From the NCBI GenBank assembly GCA_964016885.1, contig OZ024741.1, positions 50,654,001-50,718,000 of the forward strand: a DNA stretch of 64,000 nt, given 5' to 3'. The translations under genes were made by a program, and so were the position numbers. Within the stretch, counting starts at the first letter, position 1; each line of letters begins with the position of its first letter. This document shows, piece by piece, positions 21,440 to 36,077 of the stretch. Below the pieces are notes generated by a model. It made no database searches, was not told where the DNA came from, and saw only the letters and a program-made list of their open reading frames with translations. Source of the DNA: Eledone cirrhosa. Taxonomy: Eukaryota.

Positions 21440-21755
21440 GTTGACGGACTTCTACGCAGTTCCCGTCTGCCAAGTTTCACTCAAAAGACCGAGGTTATAG
21501 TAGAAGATATTTACGCAAGCTGTCCAAGCTACCCAAGCTACTCAAAGTACCCAAGGTACCCAAGTTACCCAAGGTACCCAAGCTACTCAAGCTACCCAAG
21601 CTTCCCAAGCTGCCCAAGTTACCCAAGTTACCCAAGGTACCCAGGGTACCCAAGCTACCCAAGGTACCCAAGCTACCCAAGCTACCCAAGGTACCCAAGG
21701 TATCCAAGGTACCACACAGTTGAACTGAACCCTAAACCATGTTGTTGTGAAGCAA
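21440..21755 (-). mobile_element. tRNA-derived SINE containing an expanded 9-bp minisatellite
   Basis: AGTAGAAGA...CCAAGGTACCACACAGTTGAACTGAACCC SINE-like body interrupted by (TACCCAAGN)n at ~21516-21712. Confidence 0.6.
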
Positions 21756-22020
21756 TGACTGTATCTTGTGTACAACATCACCCTAGTGATACTCTTGTCA
21801 CTTCTTCGGCAAGTACAGTTAAGTATATATTTCACTAAGGAGGTGATAATAAGGCCGGAACACGTATGCTGTTGCTTCCGGTAATTTGTCGAAATGATCA
21901 TTGAGGTGTTTGTTTCGTCCTCACCACATAATTACTTATACCAGATATTATTAAAAGACTGCTTTAAATAGGTAAATTATTAAATGACTTACTTTGATGC
22001 AAATGGCGCTAACTCCCCCT

Positions 22021-22310
22021 TTCTTCTTCTTCTTCTTCTTCTTCTTCTTCTTCTTCTTCTTCTTCTTCTTCTTCTTCTCACCACTACCATCACCACCACC
22101 ACCACTACCATCACCACCACCACCACCACTACCACCACGACGACGACGACGACGACGACGACGACCACCACCACCACCACCACCACCATCACAAATGCCA
22201 TCATCATGATCATCATCATCACCGTAATCATCCTTCTCATCATCAACATCACCACCGCCAGCACCACCACCATCATAACCAACCTAACCATCATCATCAT
22301 CATCAACACC
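22021..22310. repeat. Compound (CTT)n/(CAC)n/(CAT)n microsatellite
   Basis: Read directly. Confidence 0.9.
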
Positions 22311-22498
22311 AGGAATAGACACATACCCCCCCCCCCCCGCTCTATATATCCACAATACAACCAGCCACCCCTCCCCTCCCCATTTTCTCCCCTCCCACCA
22401 ACAAAACTTTTAATTCTTCAAATATCCTTAAAGTCTTCAATTTTAAACATAGATAGATATTTAGACACACATGTGTGTATGTATGTATGTATGTATGT

Positions 22499-23104
22499 CA
22501 GGTCACCAGTTGGTGCTACTGGTAACATGTATCCCAGTACAACCTGTCTCATGGTCGGGTCGTTGGCGACTAAACTGGCAACCCCACCAAGGTTTCTTGG
22601 TGAAGAGGGTGACTTGGGACATCCTGCAGGATTAAAAACAAAACCTGTCAAAGGGCAAAGGAGCTCTGAAGAGTGAATGGCCATCCAAAATCACCGGGAT
22701 AGATGACCCCTTAGCCTTTGTCAAGGCAGAATTCTAGGAGAAGGAAAACTCTGATATAACACCTGCAACCCTGATGGTATCCAATGATGTTGACTTGTTC
22801 TTCTTTTTGGTAAATATCATCTTGGTTAAGAGAATGGGACTGGCTTTGTGCAGTGCCTTTACTCACTATAAAAGCTTCACGGCACAGGCATTGCTTTATA
22901 TCTGGAGATCTCTCTGCACTTGTCGTCACATGGTACCATGGGCGCAGCACTATGTGTCAATAATTGTCACAGGTGTAGTGTTTGTACCAGAGTTTTCAAG
23001 TCGCTGGCTGGACTAAAAAGTCACACTCGTTCGGCGCATCGGTAGGGGTTCTCCTACATGGATATAAAGTAGTGGCCGTACTCGAAAACGAGTTGGCAGC
23101 CACC
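22499..23104 (+). mobile_element. ~600-bp RTE-derived non-autonomous element, copy 2
   Basis: Near-identical to 20687-21290; (TATG)n on both sides. Confidence 0.75.
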
Positions 23105-23747
23105 ATGTATGTATGTATGTATGTATGTATGTATGTATGTATGTATGTATGTATGTATGTATGTATGTATGTGTGTATGTATGTGTGTATGTATATATGT
23201 ATGTGTGTATGTATATATGTATGTGTGTATGTATGTGTGTATGTATGTATGTATGTATGTATGTATGTATGTGTGTATGTATGTATGTATGTATGTGTGT
23301 AGGTATGTATGTGTGTATGTGTGTATGTATGTGTGTATGTATGTATGTGTGTATGTATGTATGTATGTATGTATGTATGTATGTGTGTGTGTATGTGTGT
23401 GTGTATGTATGTGTGTATGTACGTACGTATGTATGTATGCATGTATGTATGTACGTATGCATGTATGTATGTACGTATGTATGTATATAAGTACATATTT
23501 ATGTATGTATGTATGCATGTATGTATGCATATATGTATTTATGTATATATAATATGTATATATGTATATATGTATATATATATGTATATATGTATATATA
23601 TAATATGTATATATGTATATATATATAGGCATACACACGCATTATTATATATGTGCATACAGATATGCATACACACATACGTATATGTATATATATATAT
23701 TTTCTTTTTAAAACATATATTTATATATATATAAACATATATATATT

Positions 23748-23778
<31 letters not shown>

Positions 23779-23781
23779 GTG

Positions 23782-23859
<78 letters not shown>

Positions 23860-24130
23860 CATATATATATGCATATATATACTAATGTATATATATATAT
23901 ACATGTATATATATGTATATATATGCATATATATATATGCATATATATATATATACATATATATGTATATATATGCATATATATATATATGCATATATAT
24001 GTATATATATATGCATATATATGTATATATATGCATATATATATATATGCATATATATGTATATATATATGCATATATATGTATATATATGCATATATAT
24101 ATATATGCATATATATGTATATATATATGT
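23105..24130. repeat. (TATG)n/(TA)n compound microsatellite
   Basis: Read directly. Confidence 0.9.
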
Positions 24131-24336
24131 ATAAATGGAATAGAAGAAACGAAATTTCATTTCTCACTCTTAGTACGGCAGTTACTTAAATGTAAGTATG
24201 CATGTATGTACGTATACATACATATAATTATACAGACGTACATTAGTATGTATATATATACATACATGCACACATATATACATGCACGTATCGGTTTACC
24301 GAATATTTATTATAATGCTCGGTTTGTCTGTAAACA

Positions 24337-24414
<78 letters not shown>

Positions 24415-24519
24415 CCTATTCAGCTGTCTTATTCATCTATCTGATTTCCATATTGGATTTTCTGTCAGATTAACTCTTGTTACAAGGATTTATGTAACAT
24501 ACTGGGAGGTTATGATTGT

Positions 24520-25606
24520 ATTACCCACACCACCACCACCAACATCACCACCACCACAACCACCAACACCACCACCACCACAACAACAACAATTACCACC
24601 ACCACCACCACCACCACCAACACCACCACCACCACCACAACAACAATTACCACTACTACTACCACCACCACCACCACCACCAACACCACAACAATTACCA
24701 CTACTACCATCACCTCCACTACCAACATAATTACCACCACCACCACCACCACCACCACAACCACCAACACCACCACCACCACCAACACCACCACCACAAC
24801 AATTACCACTACTACCACCACCACCAACAGCACCACCACCACCACCACCACCACCACAACCACCAACACCACCACCACCACAACCACCAACACCACAACA
24901 ATTACCACTACTACCACCACCTCCACTACCACCATAATTACCACCACCACCACCACCACAATTACCACTACTACCACCACCTCCACTACCACCATAATTA
25001 CCACCACCACCACCACCACCACCACCACCACAACAACAATTACCACTACTACCACCACCACCACTACCACCATAATTACCACCACCATCACCACCACCAC
25101 CACCACCACAATCACGGCCACTGTGGCCACCACCAGCATCACCATTACCATCACCACCACCACCATCACCATCAGCACCACCACTCTCACCAGCACCACC
25201 AGCATCGCAACCACCGCCACAACCACCACCAATACCACCACCACATCACCACCACCAATAACACCACCACCAACACCAGCAGCAGCAATAGCACCACCAC
25301 CACCACCACCACCACTACCACTACTACAACGTACGCAACAAAAACCATTGCTACCACAGCCACCGCTGCTGTCTCCACCACCACCACCACTACAACTACC
25401 TAGGACACTACAAAAACCATCACTATCACCCCCCGCACGCGCCCCACCACCACCATTGCCATCACCCGCCATTTCTCGTAGTAGTAGTGGTAGTAGTAGT
25501 AGTAGTAGTTTCTTCTTCTTCTTCTTCTTCTTCTTCTTCTTCTTCTTCTTCTTCTTCTTCTTCTTCTTCTTCTTCTTCTTCTTCTTCTTCTTCTTCTTCT
25601 TCTTCT
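24520..25606. repeat. (CCA/CAA)n compound repeat followed by (TAG)n and (CTT)n
   Basis: Read directly. Confidence 0.9.
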
Positions 25607-25771
25607 CACCATACTTCCACTATCCACCTCACTACAATCCATCCACCCTCCTCCCAACCCAGACATCACCCACACACCGGAAAATCCTTTAATTCTTCAA
25701 ATATCCTTAACGACTTCATCTTTTTCTAATTCCTATATATATATATATTTGTGAGTGTGTGTGTGCGGGTA

Positions 25772-25849
<78 letters not shown>

Positions 25850-25914
25850 TACACGCAGGTATATATGTATGTGTATATATATATGTTTATATATTCATAT
25901 ATATTTACACATGT

Positions 25915-25948
<34 letters not shown>

Positions 25949-25990
25949 ACATACATATATATGCATATATATATGCATACATATATGTAT

Positions 25991-26067
<77 letters not shown>

Positions 26068-26158
26068 TATATATACATACTTATATATATGTGTCAATAT
26101 ATATATATATATACATACAGATACATATATGTATGAATATATATATATATATATATGC

Positions 26159-26192
<34 letters not shown>

Positions 26193-26944
26193 ATATATGC
26201 CTGCGTGTATGTATATATATATATACATATAAATATATATACATACTTATATATATATGTCAATATATATATATATATACATACACATACATATATGTAT
26301 GCATATATATGCATATATATATATGTGTATATATATATATATATATTGGTAAACGGAATAGAAAATGCTGACAAATTGTTCACAGTTGAAAAATGGTTTA
26401 ATTAGGAATAAAAGAGTATTAGTGATTGTATGGGTTAGTATTCAGTTGTGGTTTTAAGTTTTTAAGTTTTTACCGGTTGCGCATTTCTAAATGCTTTTCA
26501 AAAATAATTTTGAGATAGAGTGTCCGTGCTGTTTGCTCTGATCTGATTAGTTTTGGGAATTCTACCTGTTTTTATGTTAAAAAAGTGGCTCCAATTTGCA
26601 AAAATTCTTGTGGTTAAAACAATTTTGATTGGTCGGTAGAGGTCATGTGAATGTAAAAAATTGATTTTGAAAAAGACTGTAAAAGGACGTAACTATGCTA
26701 GAAAGCATGGTGTCCAACCCTCTACCGATTATAATATATGTATGTATGAGGTGTATACGCACATACACTCACACATATATACATATATCAAAACATAATA
26801 CATACATATATATACATACATACATAATACATACATACAGACAAACATAGATATATATAGACAGGCAGACAAACAGACATATATACATACTTACATACAG
26901 ACAGACAAACATACATGCATACATACATACATACAGACATTATA

Positions 26945-27556
26945 ACCAAATATTCACACAGGGGAATTGCACAGCAATGCCCCAACGAATGCATGGATGA
27001 AAAACTGCATGTTTACGAGAAAACATAATATATGGCAATGTTGCCAGGAAGCTCCAAAGTGAGAGGAATATAGTTAAACAAAGTAGTCTATCTTGAACCA
27101 ACAACCGCTACATTAGCTCTCCCTTTGAAGGATATATTTTTGCAATCAAAGAACAGGAAATAATAATAAAATACACCTAATGCATAAAAGTGATAGGGTG
27201 CAGGCAAAACACCTAAATGTGACTACAAATGTAGACTCTGAGGAGTGAACATCAAAGATGTCACCCACATCATAAGCAGCTGTCCAAAAAGTCATTAGAA
27301 TATTATCTACATATGAGGCATGATGTAGTGGCCAAAACACTATACAATGCAATTCATAGAAATGATAGCTCTGAGAACATTCGTATAAAAAGTTACAGTG
27401 ATGTGGAGAACATATGCATATATAATATGAAAGAGTGTTGGTGGAATGTTTCAGTCAAAGCACTAATAAAATACAAACATAACAGACCAGATATTGTGAT
27501 ATGGGACAGAGAAAAGAAGGCCTACACAGTAGTGGAAGGTAGCTGTCCACCAGATT
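26945..27556 (+). mobile_element. Older, diverged R4-like family A fragment
   Basis: MRHDVVAKTLYNAI..WWNV..HNRPDIVIWDREKK; preceded by CATA-rich repeat. Confidence 0.8.
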
Positions 27557-27822
27557 GAACCCAAGGTCAGGTTCTCTACCGTATCTAGTATCTACCGCTA
27601 GGCCACAGAGACAAATACGAAAATCTTATGAAAATTCATACTTATAAACCTACTTTCAACATTTTCAAAACAAAGTGATGTCGTTTCACCATATAGATTT
27701 CAGGTATTTTTTGAAAGCAAAGCATTGGCCCCTAAAATATTACAGTGGGCCCTGCAATGCTACTGTGGGTCCCCTGGGGCCCACATGCCATTGGGCAACC
27801 TGGCAACCTGGCCAGTCAGCTA

Positions 27823-27994
<172 letters not shown>

Positions 27995-28260
27995 TCACAT
28001 ATATAACAATGCCGGAATCAACAGTTTTTCAAGAGATAGTGACCTGAATAGATCTGGGTTTTTTTTCCAAAATATTTTTTTTTCGTTTCTACCATTACCC
28101 GACTCATCTATCTTTCTTCTTAAATTTCGCATTCTATTTTCTGATGAAGGACTAGCATCCGAAACTTTAAGGCTCTTTTTCTACTATATCAAGCATAAAA
28201 CTAATAATATATTTCTTCACTGTACTGTATCGTTTGGTTTGTTATTTCTGTTTGCCTTTT

Positions 28261-28302
<42 letters not shown>

Positions 28303-28790
28303 GTGTGTGTGTACACCATATACTAAATTTAATTTTACATTCATTTAAATCAATTACAATAATCTTCTTATATATTTTCTTTAAACATTATCAAACATAT
28401 GTGGGTGTATATATGCATATATATATATATATATATATATATTGTTATAATGTTGCCAAAAATAATAACAGATCACACTCACTGTTTGGTGATATAAAAG
28501 ATACAGAAGCGAAACCAACCAAACAGTGAGTGTGTTCTGTTATTATTTCTGGCAATATTATTATAACAATATGACCCTCCCCAAGTATAACAATATATGT
28601 TTCGACACACGATTTCATATCAAAAACCTTGCAAAACAAATTAATATATATAATCATACACAAAACGCCAGCACCAACAGTTTTCCAAAAGATGTCAACA
28701 TGAATGGACCTGTTATTTTTATCTAAAGACATTTTTTTCCAATTCCATCCCGCCTGTCCCCTAAATCTATTTTATTTCTCATTCTTTCTT

Positions 28791-28828
28791 CTGATGAAGG
28801 ACTAGCGTCCGAAACGTACGTTAAGACC
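28791..28828 (+). ncRNA. Hammerhead ribozyme motif in a short dispersed PLE-like end
   Basis: CTGATGA-A-GGAC-TAGC-GTCC-GAAACGT; relatives at 28141, 33408-33445 (minus), 41847 and 57314. Confidence 0.65.
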
Positions 28829-28910
28829 CTCTTCTTGCTATATCAAGCGTTAACCTAATATATACCTTCCATATACTGTACCGATTGTGTTGTTATTTCT
28901 GTTTACCTTT

Positions 28911-28965
<55 letters not shown>

Positions 28966-28967
<2 letters not shown>

Positions 28968-30282
28968 GGTTAGTGGTGGTAGGGTGTGTAGAGTTGGTGG
29001 TGTAAGAAAGTGTGTGTGTACGTGTGCGTGGGGTTGGGGGGGTGTTAGTGATGTTAGTTGCGTGTAGGGTGGGTGGTGTAAGTGGGTGCGTGTGTTCGTG
29101 TGCTTGGGGTCAGGGGGTGTTAGTGATGTTAGTTGCGGGGTGGTGGGGTGGATGTGTGGGGGTTAGTGGTGGTAGTAGGGTGTGTGTTTAGTGTGAGCGC
29201 GTATTCAACCCTTTCTCCACCTCCCGTATACTAACACCCACTAACACCCCCTTCATCAAACTACACACACACCAGTACACCACACTCCCTCCATCGACCC
29301 CCACACCCTTCTCTCCCCGCTCCACCCACACCCTTTCTCAAACACTCATCCCACTAAGACCTCTACTAATACACACACACCCCCTCCACACTCCACTTTC
29401 ACACCTACCCATCCTCACCCCTTTACCATTCCACCCTACTGCTGCTATTCCCTCTGAGCACCTCCCAGCACACACAGACACACAGCACTCCTACTGCCTT
29501 GACCACTTCCTGTTGCGCGCGCATCCCATATCTCCCCTCTTCCGACCATCTCTTCACGGATTACTCGTATGTGGACCTTGACCGTGGAGTCAACTACCAT
29601 CCTAGGATTTTACCAACCATTCCACAACATCTTCTTACGGAATCACCTTTTTGACTCACCCACACACACACCCCAAACAATTTTTTTTCCCACACGCCAC
29701 CTACACCCACAACACGCTTAAACCCCACACACACGTGCGTTCCACCACATATTTACACATTCAGCCTCCGGATTCCTCTCCCCCCACCCCTCTATCCAAA
29801 CACGCACACACACTCCGACCTACACTCCACCCCACACACACCTCTTCCTGAACATGCAACCCCGTTCTTCCCCCAACCCTTGCTTTCACATACGCACACA
29901 CACACACACACGTACACCTACACACACACACCACCTTCAGCCCTCCCCGCTCGGACACCCCGTCTCCCTCTCCCCACTCCACCCGCCACCACCCCTACAC
30001 GCCCCACACCCTTCCACCACCTGTTTTACCCCATTTTAATTTTATTTTGATCATGCTTTTATTTTTAATTTCATTCGCACCGTTTCCTCCCACCCCCTTT
30101 TCGCTATATGTCTCTCCACCACTCCCCTACACACCCTTTGAACTCTCTTCCCACACACTTTTCACCTGAAGAAGGGCTTATGCCCGAAACGTCGTTCCCC
30201 ACCACCACTCCACTTTCAAGAGCGTGAAATTAATAAACATTCGTTGTACTGCCTCTCTGTTTTGTTCCTGTTCAAATTTTCC

Positions 30283-30283
<1 letters not shown>
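28966..30283 (+). mobile_element. Neptune-type Penelope-like 3' remnant with inverted 5' segment
   Basis: 29206-30283 resembles 59970-61145; 28966-29205 is the reverse complement of the adjacent upstream part; hammerhead motif at 30166. Confidence 0.7.
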
Positions 30284-30323
<40 letters not shown>

Positions 30324-30374
30324 CTTTATATATATATATATATATAACTTTATATATATATATATTTATATATA

Positions 30375-30446
<72 letters not shown>

Positions 30447-30662
30447 TTAAAAAAGAGCAAGAAACCAGGACTATCCGTCATCAGTGATCTTCTCGTTATC
30501 ATCGGTATTTCTTCGCATTAAAGACCAGATACCTCAAGCGAGCGCAAGCAATAACTAAAATAAGTTATTGGGATAAAAAGAATTGGGTGGAGAAAGAGAG
30601 ACATGTAAACAAACAAAAATGGTAAGGCAACGTAAAGAGAGGAAGATGAGAAAACAAGTCAG

Positions 30663-31120
30663 TGATACATAGCTGTTTGTTTTAAAAACCTTCCAGCATA
30701 ATTTTATGTGAGAACCTTCGTTAAGTTATATCCCAAACACTCCTGGTTCTATGATACATAGCTGTTTGATTTAAAAACCTTCCAGCATAATTTTATATGA
30801 GAATCTTCATTAAGTTATGTTCCAAACAACCCTGGTTCTATGAAACAAAACTACTTGTTTTAAAAACCTTCCATCATACTTTTATTTGAGAACCCTTTAG
30901 CATTTACATTACTCTAGTATTTACCTCACATAATTATCTCACATAATATAGAGTCTATGAGATTTTGATATTATTTATTTTGAGAAGAATACCTTAACGT
31001 TGGTATAAGTGGCTAGTTATGGCTGGTTTGAACAGAAAGAGGTGAGAGAATTCTGACCGGATACAGCCAGTTTAAATGCTATAGGGTTAAGCTTTGTTCC
31101 AAACAATTCTGGTTCTGAGA
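30663..31120. repeat. ~89-bp tandem repeat, three units, the third interrupted by a MITE
   Basis: TGATACATAGCTGTTTG-type unit starts at 30663, 30752 and 30841. Confidence 0.75.
30893..31086. mobile_element. piggyBac-like MITE
   Basis: TIRs CCCTTTAGCATTTA / TAAATGCTATAGGG; TTAA on the right flank only. Confidence 0.55.
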
Positions 31121-31156
31121 AAGTACTGCGAACACCTCTACGTATTATGTCGATAC

Positions 31157-31470
<314 letters not shown>

Positions 31471-31816
31471 TAGAAATGGCTACAAGTAGAAATGCACTCT
31501 AAAATTGGAAGTAAATAGTAAAACCAGTTATTTTTTATTCAATATACACCTACTGATAACTATATGGCTAAAACACTTATTTACAAAAACAGTTCCTTAC
31601 AAAAACTGTAGTCAGTAAAATTTTACAGTACCTCACAGAAATTCTCTTTTATTTGACAAATTTTGTAACGTGTGTAAAAATATATTAATTACCCGGACAT
31701 TGAGATGTATGTATGTATGTATGTATGTATGTATGTATGTATGTATGTATGTATGTATGTATGTATGTATGTATGTATGTATGTATGTATGTATGTATGT
31801 ATGTATGTATGTATGT

Positions 31817-32422
31817 CAGGTCACCAGTTGGTGCTACTGGTAACATGTATCCCAGTACAACCTGTCTCATGGTCGGGTCGTTGGCGACTAAACTGGCAAC
31901 CCCACCAAGGTTTCTTGGTGAGGAGGGGGACTTTGGACATCCTGCAGGACTAAAAACAAAACCTGTCAAAGGGCAAAGGAGCTCTTAAGAGTCAATGGCC
32001 ATCCAAAATCACCGGGAGAGATGACCCCTTAGCCTTTGTCAAGGCAGAATTCTAGGAGAAGGAAAACTCTGATATAACACCTGCAACCCTGATGGTATCC
32101 AATGATGTTGACTTGTTCTTCTTTTTGGTAAATATCATCTTGGTTAAGAGAGTGGGACTGGCTTTGTGCAGTGCCTTTGCTCACTCTAAAAGCTTCACGG
32201 CACAGGCATTGCTTTATATCTGGAGATCTCTCTGCACTTGTCGTCACATGGTACCATGGGCCCAGCACTATGTGTCAATAATTGTCACAAGTGTAGTGTT
32301 TGTACCAGAGTTTTCAAGTCGCTGGCTGGACTAAAAAGTCACACTCGTTCAGCGCATCGGTAGGGGTTCTCCTACATGGATATAAAGTAGTGGCCGTACT
32401 CGAAAACGAGTTGGCAGCCACC
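31817..32422 (+). mobile_element. ~600-bp RTE-derived non-autonomous element, copy 3
   Basis: Near-identical to 20687-21290; (TATG)n on both sides. Confidence 0.75.
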
Positions 32423-32671
32423 ATGTATGTATGTATGTATGTATGTATGTATGTATGTATGTATGTATGTATGTATGTATGTATGTGTGTGTGTGTGTGT
32501 GTATGTGTGTATGTATATATGTGTGTGTGAATGTATGTATGTATGTATGTATGTGTGTATGTGTGTGTCTGTGTGTGTATGTATGTGTATACGTATGTGT
32601 GTATGTATGTATATATGTATGTATGAATGTATGTGTGTGTGTGTATGTGTGTGTATACGTATGTATGTATG

Positions 32672-33186
32672 TTCTTCTGGTTTTATAATTTCACAAATTT
32701 TTGCCAAGAGAGTCGGTTTGTTACAAGACTCTCCCATTGGGATTTACACATCAACTAGGTAGATATGTATGCATATCTGCATGCATGCCTGTATGTGCAG
32801 GTATGGATGTTATAGTATGTGTAGATGTGTATGTTTTGAGTTGTGTGTGTGTATGTGCATATGCTTTGTATCTGTACAAGTGTATATGCAGTTATTAGAT
32901 GCAGAATTTTTGGAATGTTTTACATATTTTTACTGTTCCATTAATGGATTGTACTTGTAATTTCCTAACTAGTTGTGTTCTTTCTGTTCCTGTGAAGCCC
33001 AGATTCTCAAGATTTGTATTGAGGCAGTTACTAACATATCCCAGTGCCCCAATAATCACAGGCATAAATCTGAAGGTGTAATCAGGGTGGAGTATCTGCA
33101 GATTTCTCATTAGTTCTGCATAAATATTCTCCTTTTCACTAATCTTTGATATTATATTTGTATCTGTTGGGCAGCTAACTTCCACT
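32672..33186 (-). mobile_element. Short 3' fragment of R4-like family A
   Basis: VEVSCP..KENIYAELMRNLQ..GALG..KICKTFQKFCI plus 3' UTR matching 18149-18640; (TATG)n on both sides. Confidence 0.85.
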
Positions 33187-33670
33187 GTATGTATGTATGT
33201 ATGTATGTATGTATGTATGTATGTATGTATGTATGTATGTATGTATGTATGTATGCATGCATGTATATATATATATGCGTGTGTATGCGCGAGTGTGTGT
33301 CTGTGTGTCTGTGTGTATGCAAAAGGTAAACAGAAATAACAAAGCAAACGTCAGTACAGTTAAGAAATATGTTAGTTTTACGCTTAATATAGTAGGAAAA
33401 TAGTCTCAACGTTTCGGAGGCTAGTCCTTCATTAGAAAATAGAATGTGATTAGAGGAGAAACAGAAAGATAAGATAAAGGAGAGTGGGCAGTGACAAAAA
33501 CGAAAAAAAAAAATTATTTGAGAAAAAGCAGGTCTATTCAGGTCATACATCTCTTGGAAAACATATATGTATGGAAGTCATGTTCTAAACTTTAAAAAAT
33601 ACAAGAGGACTGGGTGATTTCTACATTCCGTTCCCCAAACACTCACATAAAGATCATATAACATATACAG

Positions 33671-33995
33671 CAGAGGTTCTCAAAGTGGGTGTTACTGCCC
33701 TCCGGAGGGCGCTGAGAAAGTCCTGGGTGTGTGTGTGTGATAGAGATGATAGAATAGTATATTAAATATCAAATGATACATATTATATATATAGTAAAAT
33801 GAAAAATATATAATATTTATTTATACATTGTATATATTATATTATTTATACTCGTATATAAATTAACGGTTTTATTTATTATATAATATTTACAATTTGC
33901 GTGTAGGTAGGTCTCTCTTGAAATAGAGGTGGGGGTGCTGAGGGTATTACGTGGCCGTGAGGGGGGTGGTGGCCCCAAAAGTTTGAGAACCTCTG
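33671..33995. mobile_element. hAT (Charlie-like) MITE
   Basis: TIRs CAGAGGTTCTCAAA / TTTGAGAACCTCTG; perfect 8-bp TSD ATATACAG at 33663-33670 and 33996-34003. Confidence 0.9.
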
Positions 33996-34197
33996 ATATA
34001 CAGCAACAGTTTAACATATAAATGTCCTCGGTTGTTCAAATGTCTCCTCAAAAGGTTAAGAAACGTTATTAAAGTCTCACCGGAGACTCTTTAAAAGTAT
34101 CTAGATGTTGTTCACTCTAACTTAAGAGATCAACCTTCTGTAAAAGGATACAACCAAGGCAAAGCAACCGACAGCAATTTCTTGATTCACCAACCTA

Positions 34198-34387
34198 TGT
34201 GGGTCGGCTGAAAAGTTCATAGCCTGACTAAGATACTCTCATGGAATGACCAAATGGGGTTTATTTTTCAACATAGTTCCTGGAAAGAAACAATGCAGTT
34301 ATTAATAAGAGTTGAAATTAATGCATGCAAGATTTCACTGTTCTAGCATATCACTCCTTCATAGTCAACCTTTTCAGCCGACCCTCG
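34198..34387. mobile_element. Tc1/mariner-type MITE
   Basis: TA-flanked TIRs TGTGGGTCGGCTGAAAAG / CTTTTCAGCCGACCCTCG. Confidence 0.75.
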
Positions 34388-34753
34388 TACACTGATTAAC
34401 CCAATAAAATATGTGAGTCCCTGCACACACGTAGGGATGACATAGAGTACATATAATATTAAGCTGTAGTGGTGTTGCCCCAGTATGGCCTTAGCTAAGA
34501 CGGTAAAAAAAAAATATAGAATATATACAAATGTCTAGATATATGTTTATAGATGTAAATGAGCTGTATGTATGTATGGTCCTGTAACTCCTAACAGAGT
34601 CATAGGGGCGCCGTAATGACATACGGCGTTTGTTGGGCATTTTTTAAAGCCTTGGCAGAGCCCATCCCTCTTCAGGCCTGAGTAAAGCAGATTTCTTCCA
34701 GAGAAAGATAGAAAATCAGAGAGAGAGAGGAAATGAGAAAGAGATAAAGAGGA

Positions 34754-34903
34754 ACAGTCAACCCCAGTACAAGACTGGTACTTTTTTATCGACCTCGAAA
34801 GGCAAAGTTGACCACGACGGGATTTGAACTCAGAGAGCAGAGAACCGGAGCGAATATGAAAGTATTCTATCTGACGTTCTAACCACTCTGCCAATCCGCC
34901 GCC
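34754..34903 (-). mobile_element. tRNA-derived SINE
   Basis: Minus strand GGCGGCGGATTGGCAGAGTGGTTAG..GAGTTCAAATCCC..CTTTGCCTTTCGAGGTCGATAAA..AGTACCAG. Confidence 0.7.
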
Positions 34904-35344
34904 ACAGATGTAAGTGTACATGTATGTAAAAATACAGTGAAGGTGCATGGCCATTTCGTTAGGTGTTAGGCACACAACCGTAAGCTCCTGGGTTCAATTC
35001 TAGATTAATTCGGTGGTTTGAGTCTTTGAGCAATGTTCTTGGTTTCACGTTGCTACAGCTTACTCAGTCGAAACGAGGGCGAAAAAAAAAGTACCAGCAT
35101 CAGATGCTGTCTAACCTTACGGCTCCCCCTCCACCACACACATGGCCTGTGTGTGTGGGTGGGGTAAGGAAGGCGTTTTGGGGGTACCTTGTACTCTCAG
35201 TTTTTTTAACGTCACATGAAACCGTGATAAGATTCTGTCGAGTGAACCACTGAATTCGAGAAAGAATTTGAAGAACACAGTATACGCACACAGCTACACA
35301 TACATACATACATACATACATACATACATACATACATACATACA

Positions 35345-35378
<34 letters not shown>

Positions 35379-35773
35379 CACATGCGCACGCACATACAAA
35401 CGCTCATGCACACACACCCACATCGTGCTGAGTGTGTGTATGTGTATTTTCTCTTTAGTCTAATACTACTAGATACATCTATTTCACACACACATAGACA
35501 CATACATACATACATACACACAGAGCCACTCATGACCACTGACTCACACATGTACATATGCACATATGCACACACAAATAGATACTCACATATTCATACA
35601 CACATATACATACACACATATGCATATATATGTATATATACATACACACATATATATATATATATATATGTATACATATATATATATATATATATGTATA
35701 CATATATATATATATACATATATATACATATATATATATATATGTATATGTATACAAATATATATATGTATAC

Positions 35774-35869
<96 letters not shown>

Positions 35870-36077
35870 GTATATATATACACACAAACAAGCTAATTAG
35901 ATTCCCCCATCCAGTCTCACCAACACCACGACATACCACCATCACTGCTACTAGTCCCCAACACCATCACCACCACTCCGCCACCATACACCACCAAGGT
36001 ACTTCCCCCACATCACACCACATTTTGGAAAGTTGTAAGTTTTCTTGCAGTTTTCTTTAACGCAATTAACATCCGGT

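Noticed and set aside
23000-26400. Long YI/YVCM/HT/poly-H/poly-V ORFs here and throughout the window
   Set aside because: Translations of stop-free microsatellites; no domain content
31845-31900. Canonical HDV-like ribozyme call at the 5' end of the 600-bp element
   Set aside because: P2-, P3- and P4-like stems and CTAA are present but no P1 helix could be placed; kept only as a hypothesis
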